Assembly: GCA_965227295.1 (NCBI GenBank)
Contig: OZ245742.1
Location: forward strand, 4,416,001 to 4,480,000
Length of the DNA: 64,000 bases
From: Leptonemataceae bacterium
Lineage (GTDB): Bacteria > Spirochaetota > Leptospiria > Leptospirales > Leptonemataceae
Direction: 5' to 3'
The notes under the pieces are model-generated. The model ran no database searches. It saw only the letters and a program-made list of their open reading frames with translations, and was not told where the DNA came from. The translations under genes and the position numbers were made by a program. Below, piece after piece: positions 48,871 to 59,462 of this stretch (positions within the stretch are counted from its first letter, which is position 1; the number at the start of each line of letters is the position of its first letter).

Positions 48871-49737
48871 ATGAGTGAATCCGGCGCCACGGAAAACGAA
48901 GAAATGAACGATCCGAATCTGGAGCAGGTAGCACGCCTGTTCACGATTCCCATCGAGCCAGCAAAGGCCCTTGTAAAGCTTCTAATGGATACTTTCTTCC
49001 ATATAGAAGTAACGGGAGCAGAGCACATCCCCCTCGAAGGCGGCGGGATCATCATCAGCAATCATACCGACTACATCGATGTGCCGATTCAGGGCGTCCA
49101 CTGTCCGCGGAAGTGCATCTATCTGGGCAAGCAGGAGCTGTTCGAGCCGGACGCGGACATCAAGAACTTCCTGTTTCAGGACGGTTCGTTTCTGAATCTG
49201 CCGCTGTTCTTGCCGGGCAAGGTGGTCGTCGAACGCCTGCTCGAACTCTACGGCGCGCTGACCCGGGTCCAGTTAATGGAATGGGGCGGCCAGCCCATCA
49301 AGCGAGCCTTCCGGGGGGACGGGGCCCGGGACGCCGTACAGTACTACAAAGAGCTGGAAGATTATATGGTCGAGCTGTTGAAGCAGGGGAACTTCCTTTC
49401 GATCTACCCGGAAGGCACGCGGACCGAGACGGGCCTGGTCGGGCCGTTTAAGGCCCTGGCGGCGAAGCTCGCCATTCGCGCCGGTGTCCCCATCGTGCCG
49501 TCGGGCATTTCCGGTTCGTGGCGTTTCCTGAAACTCGACAGTGTCCTGTCCGGCCGCATCTTCAATACGCGCATCGTCTACAACATCGGGCAGCCCATTC
49601 TGCCGAAGGACTTTCCCGAGGGAGACCAAAAGAAGGCCGCCAAAGAACTCACGCAGATTCTCGAAAAACAGGTCTACGCCCTGATCTCGCATCCGGAACG
49701 TCGCGGCCATCCCCGCGGGCGGACGCGAGTCCTCTGA
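48871..49737 (+). CDS. plsC: 1-acyl-sn-glycerol-3-phosphate acyltransferase family
   Basis: NHTDYID and YPEGTRT motifs. Confidence 0.85.
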   Translation: MSESGATENEEMNDPNLEQVARLFTIPIEPAKALVKLLMDTFFHIEVTGAEHIPLEGGGIIISNHTDYIDVPIQGVHCPRKCIYLGKQELFEPDADIKNFLFQDGSFLNLPLFLPGKVVVERLLELYGALTRVQLMEWGGQPIKRAFRGDGARDAVQYYKELEDYMVELLKQGNFLSIYPEGTRTETGLVGPFKALAAKLAIRAGVPIVPSGISGSWRFLKLDSVLSGRIFNTRIVYNIGQPILPKDFPEGDQKKAAKELTQILEKQVYALISHPERRGHPRGRTRVL

Positions 49738-49808
49738 GCCACGGCGGCCGCTTTTATTTTTGCTATCGTGGTGCAGAGTTTCTTCCCGTCAGGTGTCGAT
49801 ATTAAACC

Positions 49809-50090
49809 ATGCGCCGCGTCGTCTTGTTGATTCTGCTCCTCGCCTCCCTGGCATATGCCGGTACGTGCGCTTCAACGGAAACACCGCCCGAAGAAAAACC
49901 GGCGCCCGTCGCGGTAACGCCGGACTCGTGTCGGGCCAGCGGCGGCAAATGGCAAATGTTCAACAACGGCTGTCTGGATCACTGCGAGTACCGCCGCGGC
50001 GAAGTGACGATCTGCACCATGGAACGTAAGATGGGCTGCTACTGCCCGGGTTCGCGTTGCTGGAACGGCCGCGGCTGCGAAGACACCTGA
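49809..50090 (+). CDS. Small secreted Cys-rich protein
   Basis: Signal peptide and 9 Cys, including C.ASGGKW..GCLDHC..GCYC..CWNG.GC. Confidence 0.7.
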   Translation: MRRVVLLILLLASLAYAGTCASTETPPEEKPAPVAVTPDSCRASGGKWQMFNNGCLDHCEYRRGEVTICTMERKMGCYCPGSRCWNGRGCEDT

Positions 50091-50094
50091 ACGT

Positions 50095-52929
50095 TCAGAA
50101 CTTGTACGTCAACGTCGCCCAATACGTGGGCTCTTCCAATGCAGGAGTGCCGTCGGAGTTATCCTGCCCGCCCGCGTTGGAGTTCATGGGCCAGAGTTCT
50201 CCGGAATTGAGCAGGTTCTTTCCGGTGAGCGTCACTTCCAGAAACTCATCGAAGCTGTAGCCGATGCCGGCGTTCAGAACGTGTTGGCCTCGCACCTCGT
50301 TGCCGAACGGCGAGTACCACACACGGTAGTATAAATAATTCACCGAGACGTCGAGCTGCTCGACGGGGTGAAAGATTACGTTCAGTCGACTCACGTTCTC
50401 CGGATACGAGCGAACATGCAGGTCGCTGTCATCGGCCAGGTACATGCCGCCCTCGAATTCGTCGTAGAGCTCCCGGGAGGCGTCCAGGACGCGCACCAGG
50501 GCATGGGACAGGCTGCCGCTTAAGTATTTTCCACTGTAACTTAACGAAAACTCCGCGCCGCCGGTACGGATCTCCCCCGGTAGATTGCGAAAGAAGAAGT
50601 AGCCGTTCCAGTCGCCGGGTTCGTCGGAGCCGATGCGCGGCATGGTGAATTCGTCCGGCTCCGCGAAGATCACGCCGACGTCCACGATGTTGCGGACCAC
50701 GTTGTAGAAAGCGACGCCGTCCACGGACCACTCGCGATTGATGATGTAACCCGCCGCCAGCTCGTAGGTGTCGATGGTCTCCGGTTTGGCCTCCGGGATG
50801 TTCCGGTAAACGTCCGCATTGCCGAAACGATCCGTCCGCGGAATTTGTGCAAACAATACCTGATCGTAGTTCTCCGTACGCAGGAGGCCGTCCTTCTGAA
50901 AACCGCCGGCGAAGGCCACACCGGGCGCGCCGCGAAAGCCCTGTTGGTACGAGGCGCGCAACCGCAGCTCCGGCAGGGCCCGCGGATTGTACAGCGCGCC
51001 GAGACGCGGCGAAACGTTGTCGCCCCAGAACGAATGCCGGTCGAATCGAAAGGCGGCGAATAGATCCAGGCTCGTCGTCAGCGAATAAAAATCTTCGAGG
51101 AACACGCTGCCCACGGTGATGCTGTCCGAGAACACGTACCGATTCTCGGAATTCACGTCCGTGTCGAGCAGGGCGTCCGAACGATTGAGGATGAAGTTGT
51201 TTCCGTTGCGATCACTCTGCCCCACGTCGTACCGGCGAAACTCCGCGCCCAGGGCGAAGCGATTCTCGGCCGGAAGTTCCTGCACGTTCAGAACCAGCGC
51301 ACCGCCGTAGCGATTCTCCCGCGTACCGCCCAAAACCAGGCCGCTGTGCGAATGCAGGATCACATCGTCCTGGGCGTAATTCGAGGACAGGCCGAGGCTC
51401 AGGTTCTCGCCGAAGTCGTGGGTATACTTCGTGGCGCCGGAGCGGACCACGTTCTGCACTTCGTTGCGATCCCGGTAAAAATTGTAGAGGTCCCGCTGCT
51501 GGTCCGCGTAGAAGCCGGTGAACGAGAAGCCGCGATAATCAATGCGTCCGGTTCCGGTGACGTTGTCGGTTTTCTTGAGTCGGGCTCCGGAGGTGGCGAC
51601 GTTCTTCGTGTTCACGAGTACGTCTCCGCCCGGAACTTCCCACAGCGGCAACTGCGCATCACCGTAGGAATCACTGCGTTCCTCGGTCGTGTTTCGCCCG
51701 CGCCGTAAATCAAGGGAGCCCTCCGCGCCCTCGTAGTCCTTGTCCTTCGCCCAGCCGCGATCGTCCAGTTTCTGGCCGGCGTAATTCGTCGTACCGAGAT
51801 ACGCGTAGGCCCGCAGCTCGGGCACCAGTTCGCCCTCGCGCCCGCCCTGAAACGAAGCATGGGAATAGCCGTCTCCGCCGACGCCGCCGGTAAGCGCAGC
51901 ACCGGAAAGCGAAGAACCGTCCCGGGTGACGACGTTGATCACACCGAGCAGGGCTCCCTGTCCCAGCGTCACCGAGCCCGGCCCGCGTATGACTTCAATG
52001 CGTTCAATGAAATTCAGATCAATGCTCTGTAAGATCGAATCCGGCGGGCCCCAGAACCACTCGGTGTTCATGTTGAATCCGTTGAGCAGCATCAAGATCT
52101 TGCTGTTGCTGTCCGGCGCGAAGCCGCGCACCGCCGCGACGACGTCGTCCTGATCTTCCACCAGAAAGAAACCGGGTACAAAGATCATCAGAGCTTCATT
52201 TAGTGTACGGGCCCCGCTCAGTCGAATCTGCCGGCGACTGATGATCGAAACGGAGGCCGGCTGCTTCTCGGCCCGGCCTTCGACTTTCGAAGCGATCGTA
52301 AGATCTGCCGCGAGAACCTTAAAGACATCCTCGGACGCCTGGTCGGCGCTTTCGGCAGGGATCGGAAATTCCGTGCCACCGACCGGAGTGTTGAGCACGT
52401 GTTCATCGATGTTCGCCCGGCGGGGGCGACGTTCCGGGTTCGCGCGCAGAGCGAGCGCGATGCGCCGCACGAAACGATCGATGCGTTCCGGATCCGGCGT
52501 GCGCAACTCTTCCCGGTCCAGTTCAATGTCGCCGAGGCTCAGATCCTCATCGGTGATATGGTAGGCGTCGATGAGATGGCCGGTGTCCGGATCGTAGATC
52601 TGGGCGTACAGGCTGAGGTTTGCCCGCGCTGAAGAACGAGAATAAGAACCGCCAACGAGAAAACGTGCGCCCTTTGCGCGGGCCTGTGCCAGTGCTTCTT
52701 CACGATTCCTGACTTCCAGGCGCAGCACGCGAAAGCCGTCCTGTTCCAGGCGTTGCTGTAGATCATTCCGAATGATTGCTCCCAGGGACGGCGGAGCAAC
52801 GGAACCGCTCAGGCCCTCGAACTCCAGCACGGCCACCGACCCTGGAGTCGTTTGCGCCGTGACTTCCGTGACGGCCGCGCCGAATATAGACCACACGCTG
52901 ATCGTACACACCGCCGCCCATCTGCGCAT
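50095..52929 (-). CDS. TonB-dependent receptor with an N-terminal extension
   Basis: Plug IERIEVIRGPGSVTLG; GKNLLN; C-terminal TLTYKF; N-terminal VAVLEFEG domain. Confidence 0.9.
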   Translation of the reverse strand: MRRWAAVCTISVWSIFGAAVTEVTAQTTPGSVAVLEFEGLSGSVAPPSLGAIIRNDLQQRLEQDGFRVLRLEVRNREEALAQARAKGARFLVGGSYSRSSARANLSLYAQIYDPDTGHLIDAYHITDEDLSLGDIELDREELRTPDPERIDRFVRRIALALRANPERRPRRANIDEHVLNTPVGGTEFPIPAESADQASEDVFKVLAADLTIASKVEGRAEKQPASVSIISRRQIRLSGARTLNEALMIFVPGFFLVEDQDDVVAAVRGFAPDSNSKILMLLNGFNMNTEWFWGPPDSILQSIDLNFIERIEVIRGPGSVTLGQGALLGVINVVTRDGSSLSGAALTGGVGGDGYSHASFQGGREGELVPELRAYAYLGTTNYAGQKLDDRGWAKDKDYEGAEGSLDLRRGRNTTEERSDSYGDAQLPLWEVPGGDVLVNTKNVATSGARLKKTDNVTGTGRIDYRGFSFTGFYADQQRDLYNFYRDRNEVQNVVRSGATKYTHDFGENLSLGLSSNYAQDDVILHSHSGLVLGGTRENRYGGALVLNVQELPAENRFALGAEFRRYDVGQSDRNGNNFILNRSDALLDTDVNSENRYVFSDSITVGSVFLEDFYSLTTSLDLFAAFRFDRHSFWGDNVSPRLGALYNPRALPELRLRASYQQGFRGAPGVAFAGGFQKDGLLRTENYDQVLFAQIPRTDRFGNADVYRNIPEAKPETIDTYELAAGYIINREWSVDGVAFYNVVRNIVDVGVIFAEPDEFTMPRIGSDEPGDWNGYFFFRNLPGEIRTGGAEFSLSYSGKYLSGSLSHALVRVLDASRELYDEFEGGMYLADDSDLHVRSYPENVSRLNVIFHPVEQLDVSVNYLYYRVWYSPFGNEVRGQHVLNAGIGYSFDEFLEVTLTGKNLLNSGELWPMNSNAGGQDNSDGTPALEEPTYWATLTYKF

Positions 52930-53027
52930 CGCGGAACTGTAAACGTTCGCAAAGATCCAGCAAGAAAAATATACTTTACGCAGGGTTTTACAGCGTCTCA
53001 ATACATGACATGCAGGTACAACGACGG

Positions 53028-54584
53028 ATGCAGCTTGCCTTTGTAGTTCTTGCAGTATTGGCAGTGTCCGTACCTGCGAGGCCCGCCGATGAAAGCCGAA
53101 TTCCGATTCTCCTGTCCACGGATTCGGATATTTATCTCGAAGGGCTTGCCGGTATACGCCTGGCCCTGGACAACGCACGACTCGAAACCGTGGAAGAATC
53201 GTACCTGAATGTTTTGCAGGCAAACGGGACCGCGGCGTTGGAACAGTACTTTCGCGCGCGCGAGGATTCCAGGCTGATCATTGCCCTGGGGCCGGCGGCG
53301 GCCCGGGCGGCATATCGTTATGCCCGGCGACCCACAGTTGTTTTCAGCATGGTCACCAGCCCGCGCCTGTTGCGTAAGGTCGCCGGCAACCGCCCGCTCT
53401 GCGGGTTGTCCATGCACGTTCCGGTGGAAGAATACTTTCGTACTCTGCGCGAGCTACAGCCCGGTGCCCGGCGGGTGCTCGCTTTTCACTCCAGTCCCGA
53501 GGGCGAGTACCTGGCCGGTGAAGGCCGCTACTTCGATCAACAGCACGGACTCATTTACGAAAGCCGTCGCATCGATGACCCGGCGGACTTCGCCGAAGCC
53601 CTGGAAACAAGCGCCACCCCGGCCGGAATCGACGCGATCTACATGACCGCCGACCCGCTCTACAACCGCACTAACTTTCGCTTACTGCAAGCTTACGCGA
53701 AACGCGAGGGCGTTGTATTGATGACCGGCTTTCGCCGCCTCGTCGATCTGGGCGCGACCTTCGGCTACAGCCCGGACTACGCCCGCCTGGGCCTGCTCAC
53801 CGGCGATCTCGCCGGGCGCATCCTCTCCGGATCCGCCGATTGCGCGACCGAAGGCGTCATTTTTCCGGAACGTTCCGATTACTTCTTTTTTCTCAACGCC
53901 GACTTTTCCCGGGAGTCCGGCATCGAACCGCCGCCGGCGCTGGTTCAGCGCGATCGATTGACCGGTCTCAGCCGGACGGGCATTCGCCTCTTCCGGCACC
54001 AAAAGTACAACTCCGCCCGCCGGGTCTTCGAGGCCATCCTGGAACAGGACGAGGGCCATCGCACGGCAGCCTACTATCTCGAACAGACCCTGGCCCGGCA
54101 GAGCGGCGGTCAACTGGCCGAACTCATGGCCCGGGCGAAGGCCGCCGAACAGCGTGGCGACCCCGGACATGCCGTGACGATCTACCGCAACGTACTGGAA
54201 CTACATCCCGGTCACGACACGGCGCAACGCGGCCTCGTGCGTTCGCGCGCGGCCCACGCCGAACAGTTCCGCCGTCAGGCGCAGGCCCTGGCGAACCGCG
54301 CACCCTACGAGGCCCTGCGCCGACTGCAAACCGCGCTGCGCATCGACCCGAATGCCGCGCAAATCCACCGCGATCTTTCGCGCCTGCGCCGGAAACTGTC
54401 GGTGTCACTGCCGACTCTTATGCAACGCGGCATCTCCGATTACGAGGCCCGGCGCTACGAGGCGGCTATCACGAACTTTGAAAACGTGCTGCTGGTGGAA
54501 CCGAACCGGCGGGCCGCCGGGGAATATCTAAGATTGTCCCGCCGAAAGTTAGATGCCATTCGACGATTGCAGAGTCAAAAGTAA
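53028..54584 (+). CDS. ABC-type substrate-binding-like protein fused to TPR repeats
   Basis: IIALG..A, PTVVFSMV, LQPGARRV, LVDLGA, GRILSG; C-terminal TPRs. Confidence 0.8.
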   Translation: MQLAFVVLAVLAVSVPARPADESRIPILLSTDSDIYLEGLAGIRLALDNARLETVEESYLNVLQANGTAALEQYFRAREDSRLIIALGPAAARAAYRYARRPTVVFSMVTSPRLLRKVAGNRPLCGLSMHVPVEEYFRTLRELQPGARRVLAFHSSPEGEYLAGEGRYFDQQHGLIYESRRIDDPADFAEALETSATPAGIDAIYMTADPLYNRTNFRLLQAYAKREGVVLMTGFRRLVDLGATFGYSPDYARLGLLTGDLAGRILSGSADCATEGVIFPERSDYFFFLNADFSRESGIEPPPALVQRDRLTGLSRTGIRLFRHQKYNSARRVFEAILEQDEGHRTAAYYLEQTLARQSGGQLAELMARAKAAEQRGDPGHAVTIYRNVLELHPGHDTAQRGLVRSRAAHAEQFRRQAQALANRAPYEALRRLQTALRIDPNAAQIHRDLSRLRRKLSVSLPTLMQRGISDYEARRYEAAITNFENVLLVEPNRRAAGEYLRLSRRKLDAIRRLQSQK

Positions 54585-54614
54585 AATCGCCGTCGCCGCC
54601 GGGCCACGGCTACC

Positions 54615-56333
54615 TCAGAAACGCAATTGCAATCCCGCCTCGTAGAACTGTTCGTCGGTACGTGTGCCGTTACGTTTCGTATCCGGATTCCCGCTTTCGA
54701 TGATGACCGGTGAACCCGCGGCGTACATCACACTGCGACGATCTTCCCGGGGGGCGTCGCGAAAGAACCAGGAAATTTCGCCGACCTCTTTGCGTTCGTC
54801 GAGGACCAGGCCGCGAATGACGAAAAAGCTCGCGGCCAGCAAAGATGCAATGCCCAGGCCCGCGCTGATGTTGGCCTTACGGAACTCGGCGTTGGCTCTG
54901 GATTCGTTTTGTTCGATGACGCTCTGCTGGTAGAGCAACAGCGGGACGCCCTGCGCGCTGAAGAGATTCGTGATCGAGAAGATCGACAGAAACGGCAGTT
55001 CCGTACGAATGCGATCGCGGATGCGGTCCGCGCGAATTTGAAAGTGGATCCAGCCGCCGTAAAAAACCAGGGAACCGATGGCCGAATAAAAACCCAGGTC
55101 GTAATAGTTCCAGTCGAGGACGGCGTAGTTCGGATCTTTATAGAACGTTTCCGTATGGCCTTCCTGCATTTCCACGTCTACGTCCCGGGACTCGCCGTTC
55201 TTTAAGATGACGCCGACGAAACGATCCACGTAACCTTCTTTCACAATGCGCAACCGATGGACGCCGGGCGGAAGATCGTCACGTTGCAGCGGCGTCTCAC
55301 CGATCAGTTCATAATTCAGGAAAACGCTCGCGCCCTCGACATCGGTCGTGACGTTCAACGCGGCCCGGTGATCTTCTCGCGGCGCGCGCACCGTGAACAC
55401 ATTGCGTTCGCCGCTGCTGATCACCGCCGTTTCACGCACGGTCTGGTAGCCGTCCTGTTCGACGCGCAGTTCGTACTCCCCCGGCAGGGCCCGCGCATCC
55501 ACCGGCGTGCGACCGAGATAGAGATCGTCCAGGTAGACCATGGCGCCGGGTTCCGGCGTGCTCACCTGCACGGGGGCCGTTTCGCCGCCGCTCACGAAGT
55601 TCCGAATGCGATTCGACGGATCATCCAGATTGCGATACGCGAACTGAATGTCGGTTTGAAACTCGAAGTTCGCGCTCTTGCCGGTGACGGCGTTGTACAT
55701 CTCAATGCGGACGATGATGGGGCCGCGCCGGGTAATGCCGCCGTCGCGGCTGACTCCGCCGCCCGCTGCATAACGATACGATCCGCTCACCAGGTAGTCG
55801 GCCTTCAGGTCCGCGGCACGTTGGTCCGGGCGGGAGCGCAGGGAGGCGGCATTGGTTTCGTCGTCCAGTTGCCGGACTTCGACATCCAGCAAAACACGTT
55901 GCCATTCGCCGGGCGGCAGGGCGCTGTTGTTTTCCCGCGTGAAACGCAGGTTCTCCCGCGGTCGCTCCGCCTCGCCGCCCTTGAGCGGCGTCACCACAAA
56001 GAGCCGGCCGGGATCTTCCGGGCGCACGTAACCGACTCCCTCGACCTTGCCGCCCAGAATCTTGATGATGCCTTCCGAAAGATAGTCGATGGTCTCGTCG
56101 CGGGTGTCATTGAGCAGCGGCAGGAAGATGAGCCGCCGCTCCTGCTCGTAGAGGGTGAAGGCCGGATCCGCCGGGTCTTCGATGGTGCGGCCGGAACCGG
56201 GGCGCGGAATATCCTGAAAGACGTTCGTGGCGCCGGAGTCGTCGGGCACATTCTGGGCCGCCGGCATCCCGGGCAACGTGACGAACATCGCGATCGTCAG
56301 AAGCAGCGCCGTAAACCGGCGAATCCTCCGCAT
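54615..56333 (-). CDS. PEGA-domain protein
   Basis: Two PEGA repeats (GAMVYLDD.YLGRTP..PGEYELRVEQDGY; GASVFLN..IGETP..PGVHRLRIVKEGY). Confidence 0.85.
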   Translation of the reverse strand: MRRIRRFTALLLTIAMFVTLPGMPAAQNVPDDSGATNVFQDIPRPGSGRTIEDPADPAFTLYEQERRLIFLPLLNDTRDETIDYLSEGIIKILGGKVEGVGYVRPEDPGRLFVVTPLKGGEAERPRENLRFTRENNSALPPGEWQRVLLDVEVRQLDDETNAASLRSRPDQRAADLKADYLVSGSYRYAAGGGVSRDGGITRRGPIIVRIEMYNAVTGKSANFEFQTDIQFAYRNLDDPSNRIRNFVSGGETAPVQVSTPEPGAMVYLDDLYLGRTPVDARALPGEYELRVEQDGYQTVRETAVISSGERNVFTVRAPREDHRAALNVTTDVEGASVFLNYELIGETPLQRDDLPPGVHRLRIVKEGYVDRFVGVILKNGESRDVDVEMQEGHTETFYKDPNYAVLDWNYYDLGFYSAIGSLVFYGGWIHFQIRADRIRDRIRTELPFLSIFSITNLFSAQGVPLLLYQQSVIEQNESRANAEFRKANISAGLGIASLLAASFFVIRGLVLDERKEVGEISWFFRDAPREDRRSVMYAAGSPVIIESGNPDTKRNGTRTDEQFYEAGLQLRF

Positions 56334-56386
56334 GGCGTGCAGTTTTTTCGGCGCGTGTCCGTGAGAAACCAAAAAACCGGGATAAA

Positions 56387-56496
56387 ACTCCGAGGACCGA
56401 GGTACCGAGGGTAGAAATCGGAGAGCTCTCATAGCCAGAACGCGTTCCGGCAAAGACAACTCTCCCAAAATTTCTCGGTACCTCGGTCCTCGGAGT
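56387..56496. repeat. Second family C element
   Basis: ACTCCGAGGACCGAGGTACCGAG / CTCGGTACCTCGGTCCTCGGAGT, a perfect 23-bp inverted repeat. Confidence 0.85.
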
Positions 56497-56503
56497 CTAT
56501 CTT

Positions 56504-59257
56504 TTATGTCGCCAGTTTTTCGGCTTCGCGCAGGCGGACCGAGAGGATCTTCGAAATCCCCGCCTCTTCCTGGGTGACACCGAAGATCGCGCCGCCTTTG
56601 GCCATGGTGAGCTTGTTGTGCGTGATGACCAGGAACTGCGTGCGCGGCGCGAAGCGTTCCAGCATGCGCAAGAAGCGACTCACGTTCGTGTCGTCCAGCG
56701 GTGCGTCGATCTCGTCGAGGAAACAGAACGGTGACGGCCGCACCAGATAGATGGCGAACATCAGCGCGATGGCGGTCATGCTCTGCTCGCCGCCGGACAG
56801 CAACGCAATGCTCGAGTTCTTTTTGCCGGGCGGTTGCACCATGATGTCCACCCCGCTGTTCATGGGGTCCTCCGGTTCCAGGAGCGACAGCGCCGCGGTG
56901 CCGCCGCCGAAGAGCGTCGTGAAGATTTCGGAGAAATTCACCTGGATGCGTTCGAAGGTGTCCCGGAACATGGCCTGGGACTGGTCGTCGATTTCTTTGA
57001 GGATGGCCAGGATGTCGCCCTTCGCGCTTTCGATATCCCCGCGCTGTTTTTCCAGCTCGTCGTGGGCCTCGGTGGCGCGTTCCAGTTCTTCGATGGCGAG
57101 GGCATTGAAGGCACCCAGGTCCTTGATCTCCTGCTGCACCCGGCGAAACTCACCGTCCTCGCGCTGACGATTGAGGTTGCGTTTCGTGGCCTCGGCCTTG
57201 AGTTCTCCCAGGGACATCTGGAAGTCGTTGTAGAGATCCTCTTCGATGCTGCTGATGGCCAGGCGGTACTGCTCGGCGTTGCGTTCCTGTTTGGAGATTT
57301 CCGGCAGGGTTTTTTCGAAGGTTTCCATTTCCCGTTTCGTTCGTTCGCGGAGCGACTGAACTTCGCTGCGGGATTTTTCGATGACCTTTTTGATTTTGTC
57401 GATGGCGGCGGACTGCTCGCGCGTGCGTTTTTGCGCGGCTTCGATTTCGCGCTTCACGTCGCGTTCCTCTTCGCCCAGGGCCGTGATGCGTTTCTCCAGA
57501 CCGCCGAATTCCTCGGTTAAGTACGTTACGCGCTCGCTGACCTCGGCAAGCTGGGACTCCAGGCTTTCACGGGCCTCAAGCGAGTTCTCTTTGCGTACCT
57601 CGGCGTCGCGGATTTGCAGTTCCAGTTCAACCTTGCGGTTCTTTTCTTTGTCGAGATCGCCGAGATGGATTTTGCGAACTTCCTGCAATCGGACAATGTC
57701 TTTCTGCAAAAACTCCCGCCGCCGGGCGAGTTCGTCCATTTCCTGGTCGAGCTGTTCCTTGCGGGCGAGTAAACCGCTGCGGTCGAAGAGCAGCGAGCGA
57801 AACTCCTGCTCAATGCTTTCGTAACGTCGAAAACTTTCTATGACGCCGTCGAGCCCCAGGGACTGGAGTTGCTGCAGGGCTTCCGGCGCTTTGTTTTCCG
57901 TAAGCAAGGCCTCGATCTCGCGGACTGTATCGGCACCGGCCTTGAGTTTGTCGACGATCTCGTCTTTGAGTCCGGCGCGGTACTCCTCGCGGCTTTCCAG
58001 CTCGCGCTTCTTGCGTTCGAGTTCCAGGATGAGGTCGTGGGTTACGGCCTTGAGTGCTTCGAGGAGCTCGGTTTGCCGCTCCTCACCGCTTAAGATTTCT
58101 TTCTGTGACGCTTCTTCCTGCTGGATCGTGGCGTCGATCTCGGTGCGCAATTGTTTGAGGCGGGCTTCGATGGCCGTGCCGGTTTCCTGCAGGCTTTCCA
58201 GGTCCGACTGCAGGTTCAGTTCGAGTTGCTTCGAACGTTCGTGTTTTTTACGCAGCTCCGCCTCGCGCTTGCGTTCTTCTTCCAGGCGGCCCTTCAACAT
58301 GCCCAGGCGTTTGCCGCGTTCCTGGCGCTCGGTATCCAGGCGTTCGAGACCGGTCTTCATGCTTTCGAGGCCGGAGAGATCCTGGTGAAAGGCGCGGTCC
58401 AGACGTTGCAGTTCTTCGAGCTGCGATTCGTTTTCGCCCTCGATCTCTTCGATGCGGCGTTCGCATTCGCGCTGACGTTCCAGGGCCTCGTCGCGTTTTT
58501 TCAACAACGCCGCGAGCTTCTCTTCGACCTTGCCGGACTTCTCTTCGAGGTCGATGTAGTTCAGGTATCTTAAGTTGCGATCGTGGACATCTAAGATTTC
58601 TTTGAGTTTGATGTAGCGCCGGGTTTTACGGGCCTGGCGCTCCAGGTTTTCCATCTCGTCCTTTTTGCCCTTGAGGATGTCCCCCAGGCGCAGGAGGTTC
58701 TGCTCGGTGTCATGCAGGCGGTCCAGGGTCTCTCTGCGCTCGGCCTTGAAACGCGAAACGCCGGCGGCCTCGTCGAGCAGGTTGCGGCGGTTCTCGGGAG
58801 AAGACTTCAGGATTTCCGAAATGCGGCCCTGCTCCATGATCGAATACGCGGACTTGCCGATGCCGGTATCCATGAAGACCCGCTCGATTTCCCGGCGGGT
58901 GGTGCGTTTGCCGTTGAGATAGTACTCGCTGCCCTGGGCGAGATAGATGCGCCGGCCGATGATGACCTCATCGGCGTCCAGCTTCAGCGTGCGGTCTTTG
59001 TTCTCGAAGTAGATTTCCACCTCGGCCATACCGCCCTGCTTGCGGTGCTCCGAGCCGAGGAAGATCACGTCCTCCATGCTTTTGCCGCGCAGGCCCTTGG
59101 CGGACTTTTCGCCGAGAACCCAGCGCACGGCGTCCAGGATGTTGGACTTGCCGCAGCCGTTCGGCCCCACGATGCACGTGATGCCTTCCTGCATGTCGAT
59201 GATCGTTTCGTCGGCGAACGACTTAAAGCCGACCATGCGTATCTTTTTGACTTTCAA
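56504..59257 (-). CDS. smc: Chromosome segregation protein SMC (short form)
   Basis: GFKSF, GPNGCGKSN, LSGGEQS, LDEIDAPLD, ITHN; TTG start at 59257 inferred. Confidence 0.92.
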   Translation of the reverse strand: MKVKKIRMVGFKSFADETIIDMQEGITCIVGPNGCGKSNILDAVRWVLGEKSAKGLRGKSMEDVIFLGSEHRKQGGMAEVEIYFENKDRTLKLDADEVIIGRRIYLAQGSEYYLNGKRTTRREIERVFMDTGIGKSAYSIMEQGRISEILKSSPENRRNLLDEAAGVSRFKAERRETLDRLHDTEQNLLRLGDILKGKKDEMENLERQARKTRRYIKLKEILDVHDRNLRYLNYIDLEEKSGKVEEKLAALLKKRDEALERQRECERRIEEIEGENESQLEELQRLDRAFHQDLSGLESMKTGLERLDTERQERGKRLGMLKGRLEEERKREAELRKKHERSKQLELNLQSDLESLQETGTAIEARLKQLRTEIDATIQQEEASQKEILSGEERQTELLEALKAVTHDLILELERKKRELESREEYRAGLKDEIVDKLKAGADTVREIEALLTENKAPEALQQLQSLGLDGVIESFRRYESIEQEFRSLLFDRSGLLARKEQLDQEMDELARRREFLQKDIVRLQEVRKIHLGDLDKEKNRKVELELQIRDAEVRKENSLEARESLESQLAEVSERVTYLTEEFGGLEKRITALGEEERDVKREIEAAQKRTREQSAAIDKIKKVIEKSRSEVQSLRERTKREMETFEKTLPEISKQERNAEQYRLAISSIEEDLYNDFQMSLGELKAEATKRNLNRQREDGEFRRVQQEIKDLGAFNALAIEELERATEAHDELEKQRGDIESAKGDILAILKEIDDQSQAMFRDTFERIQVNFSEIFTTLFGGGTAALSLLEPEDPMNSGVDIMVQPPGKKNSSIALLSGGEQSMTAIALMFAIYLVRPSPFCFLDEIDAPLDDTNVSRFLRMLERFAPRTQFLVITHNKLTMAKGGAIFGVTQEEAGISKILSVRLREAEKLAT

Positions 59258-59462
59258 TGCCCTATCCCTGTGTATATGCCGTATGGGTGGCGGATGTATG
59301 TTTGATTTGACGCCGCTTTCGATGTCTCGCGAGATGTCCCGCGCTTTGCGGATTATGTCGCGTAAGCCCTGTTCCGAGATTATGTCCCGACGCACGCCGG
59401 TCAGCCGTTTTTTGGAATCGGAGCCGCGGAAAGAATTCACGGCTTTTCCACGGACACAGAAC

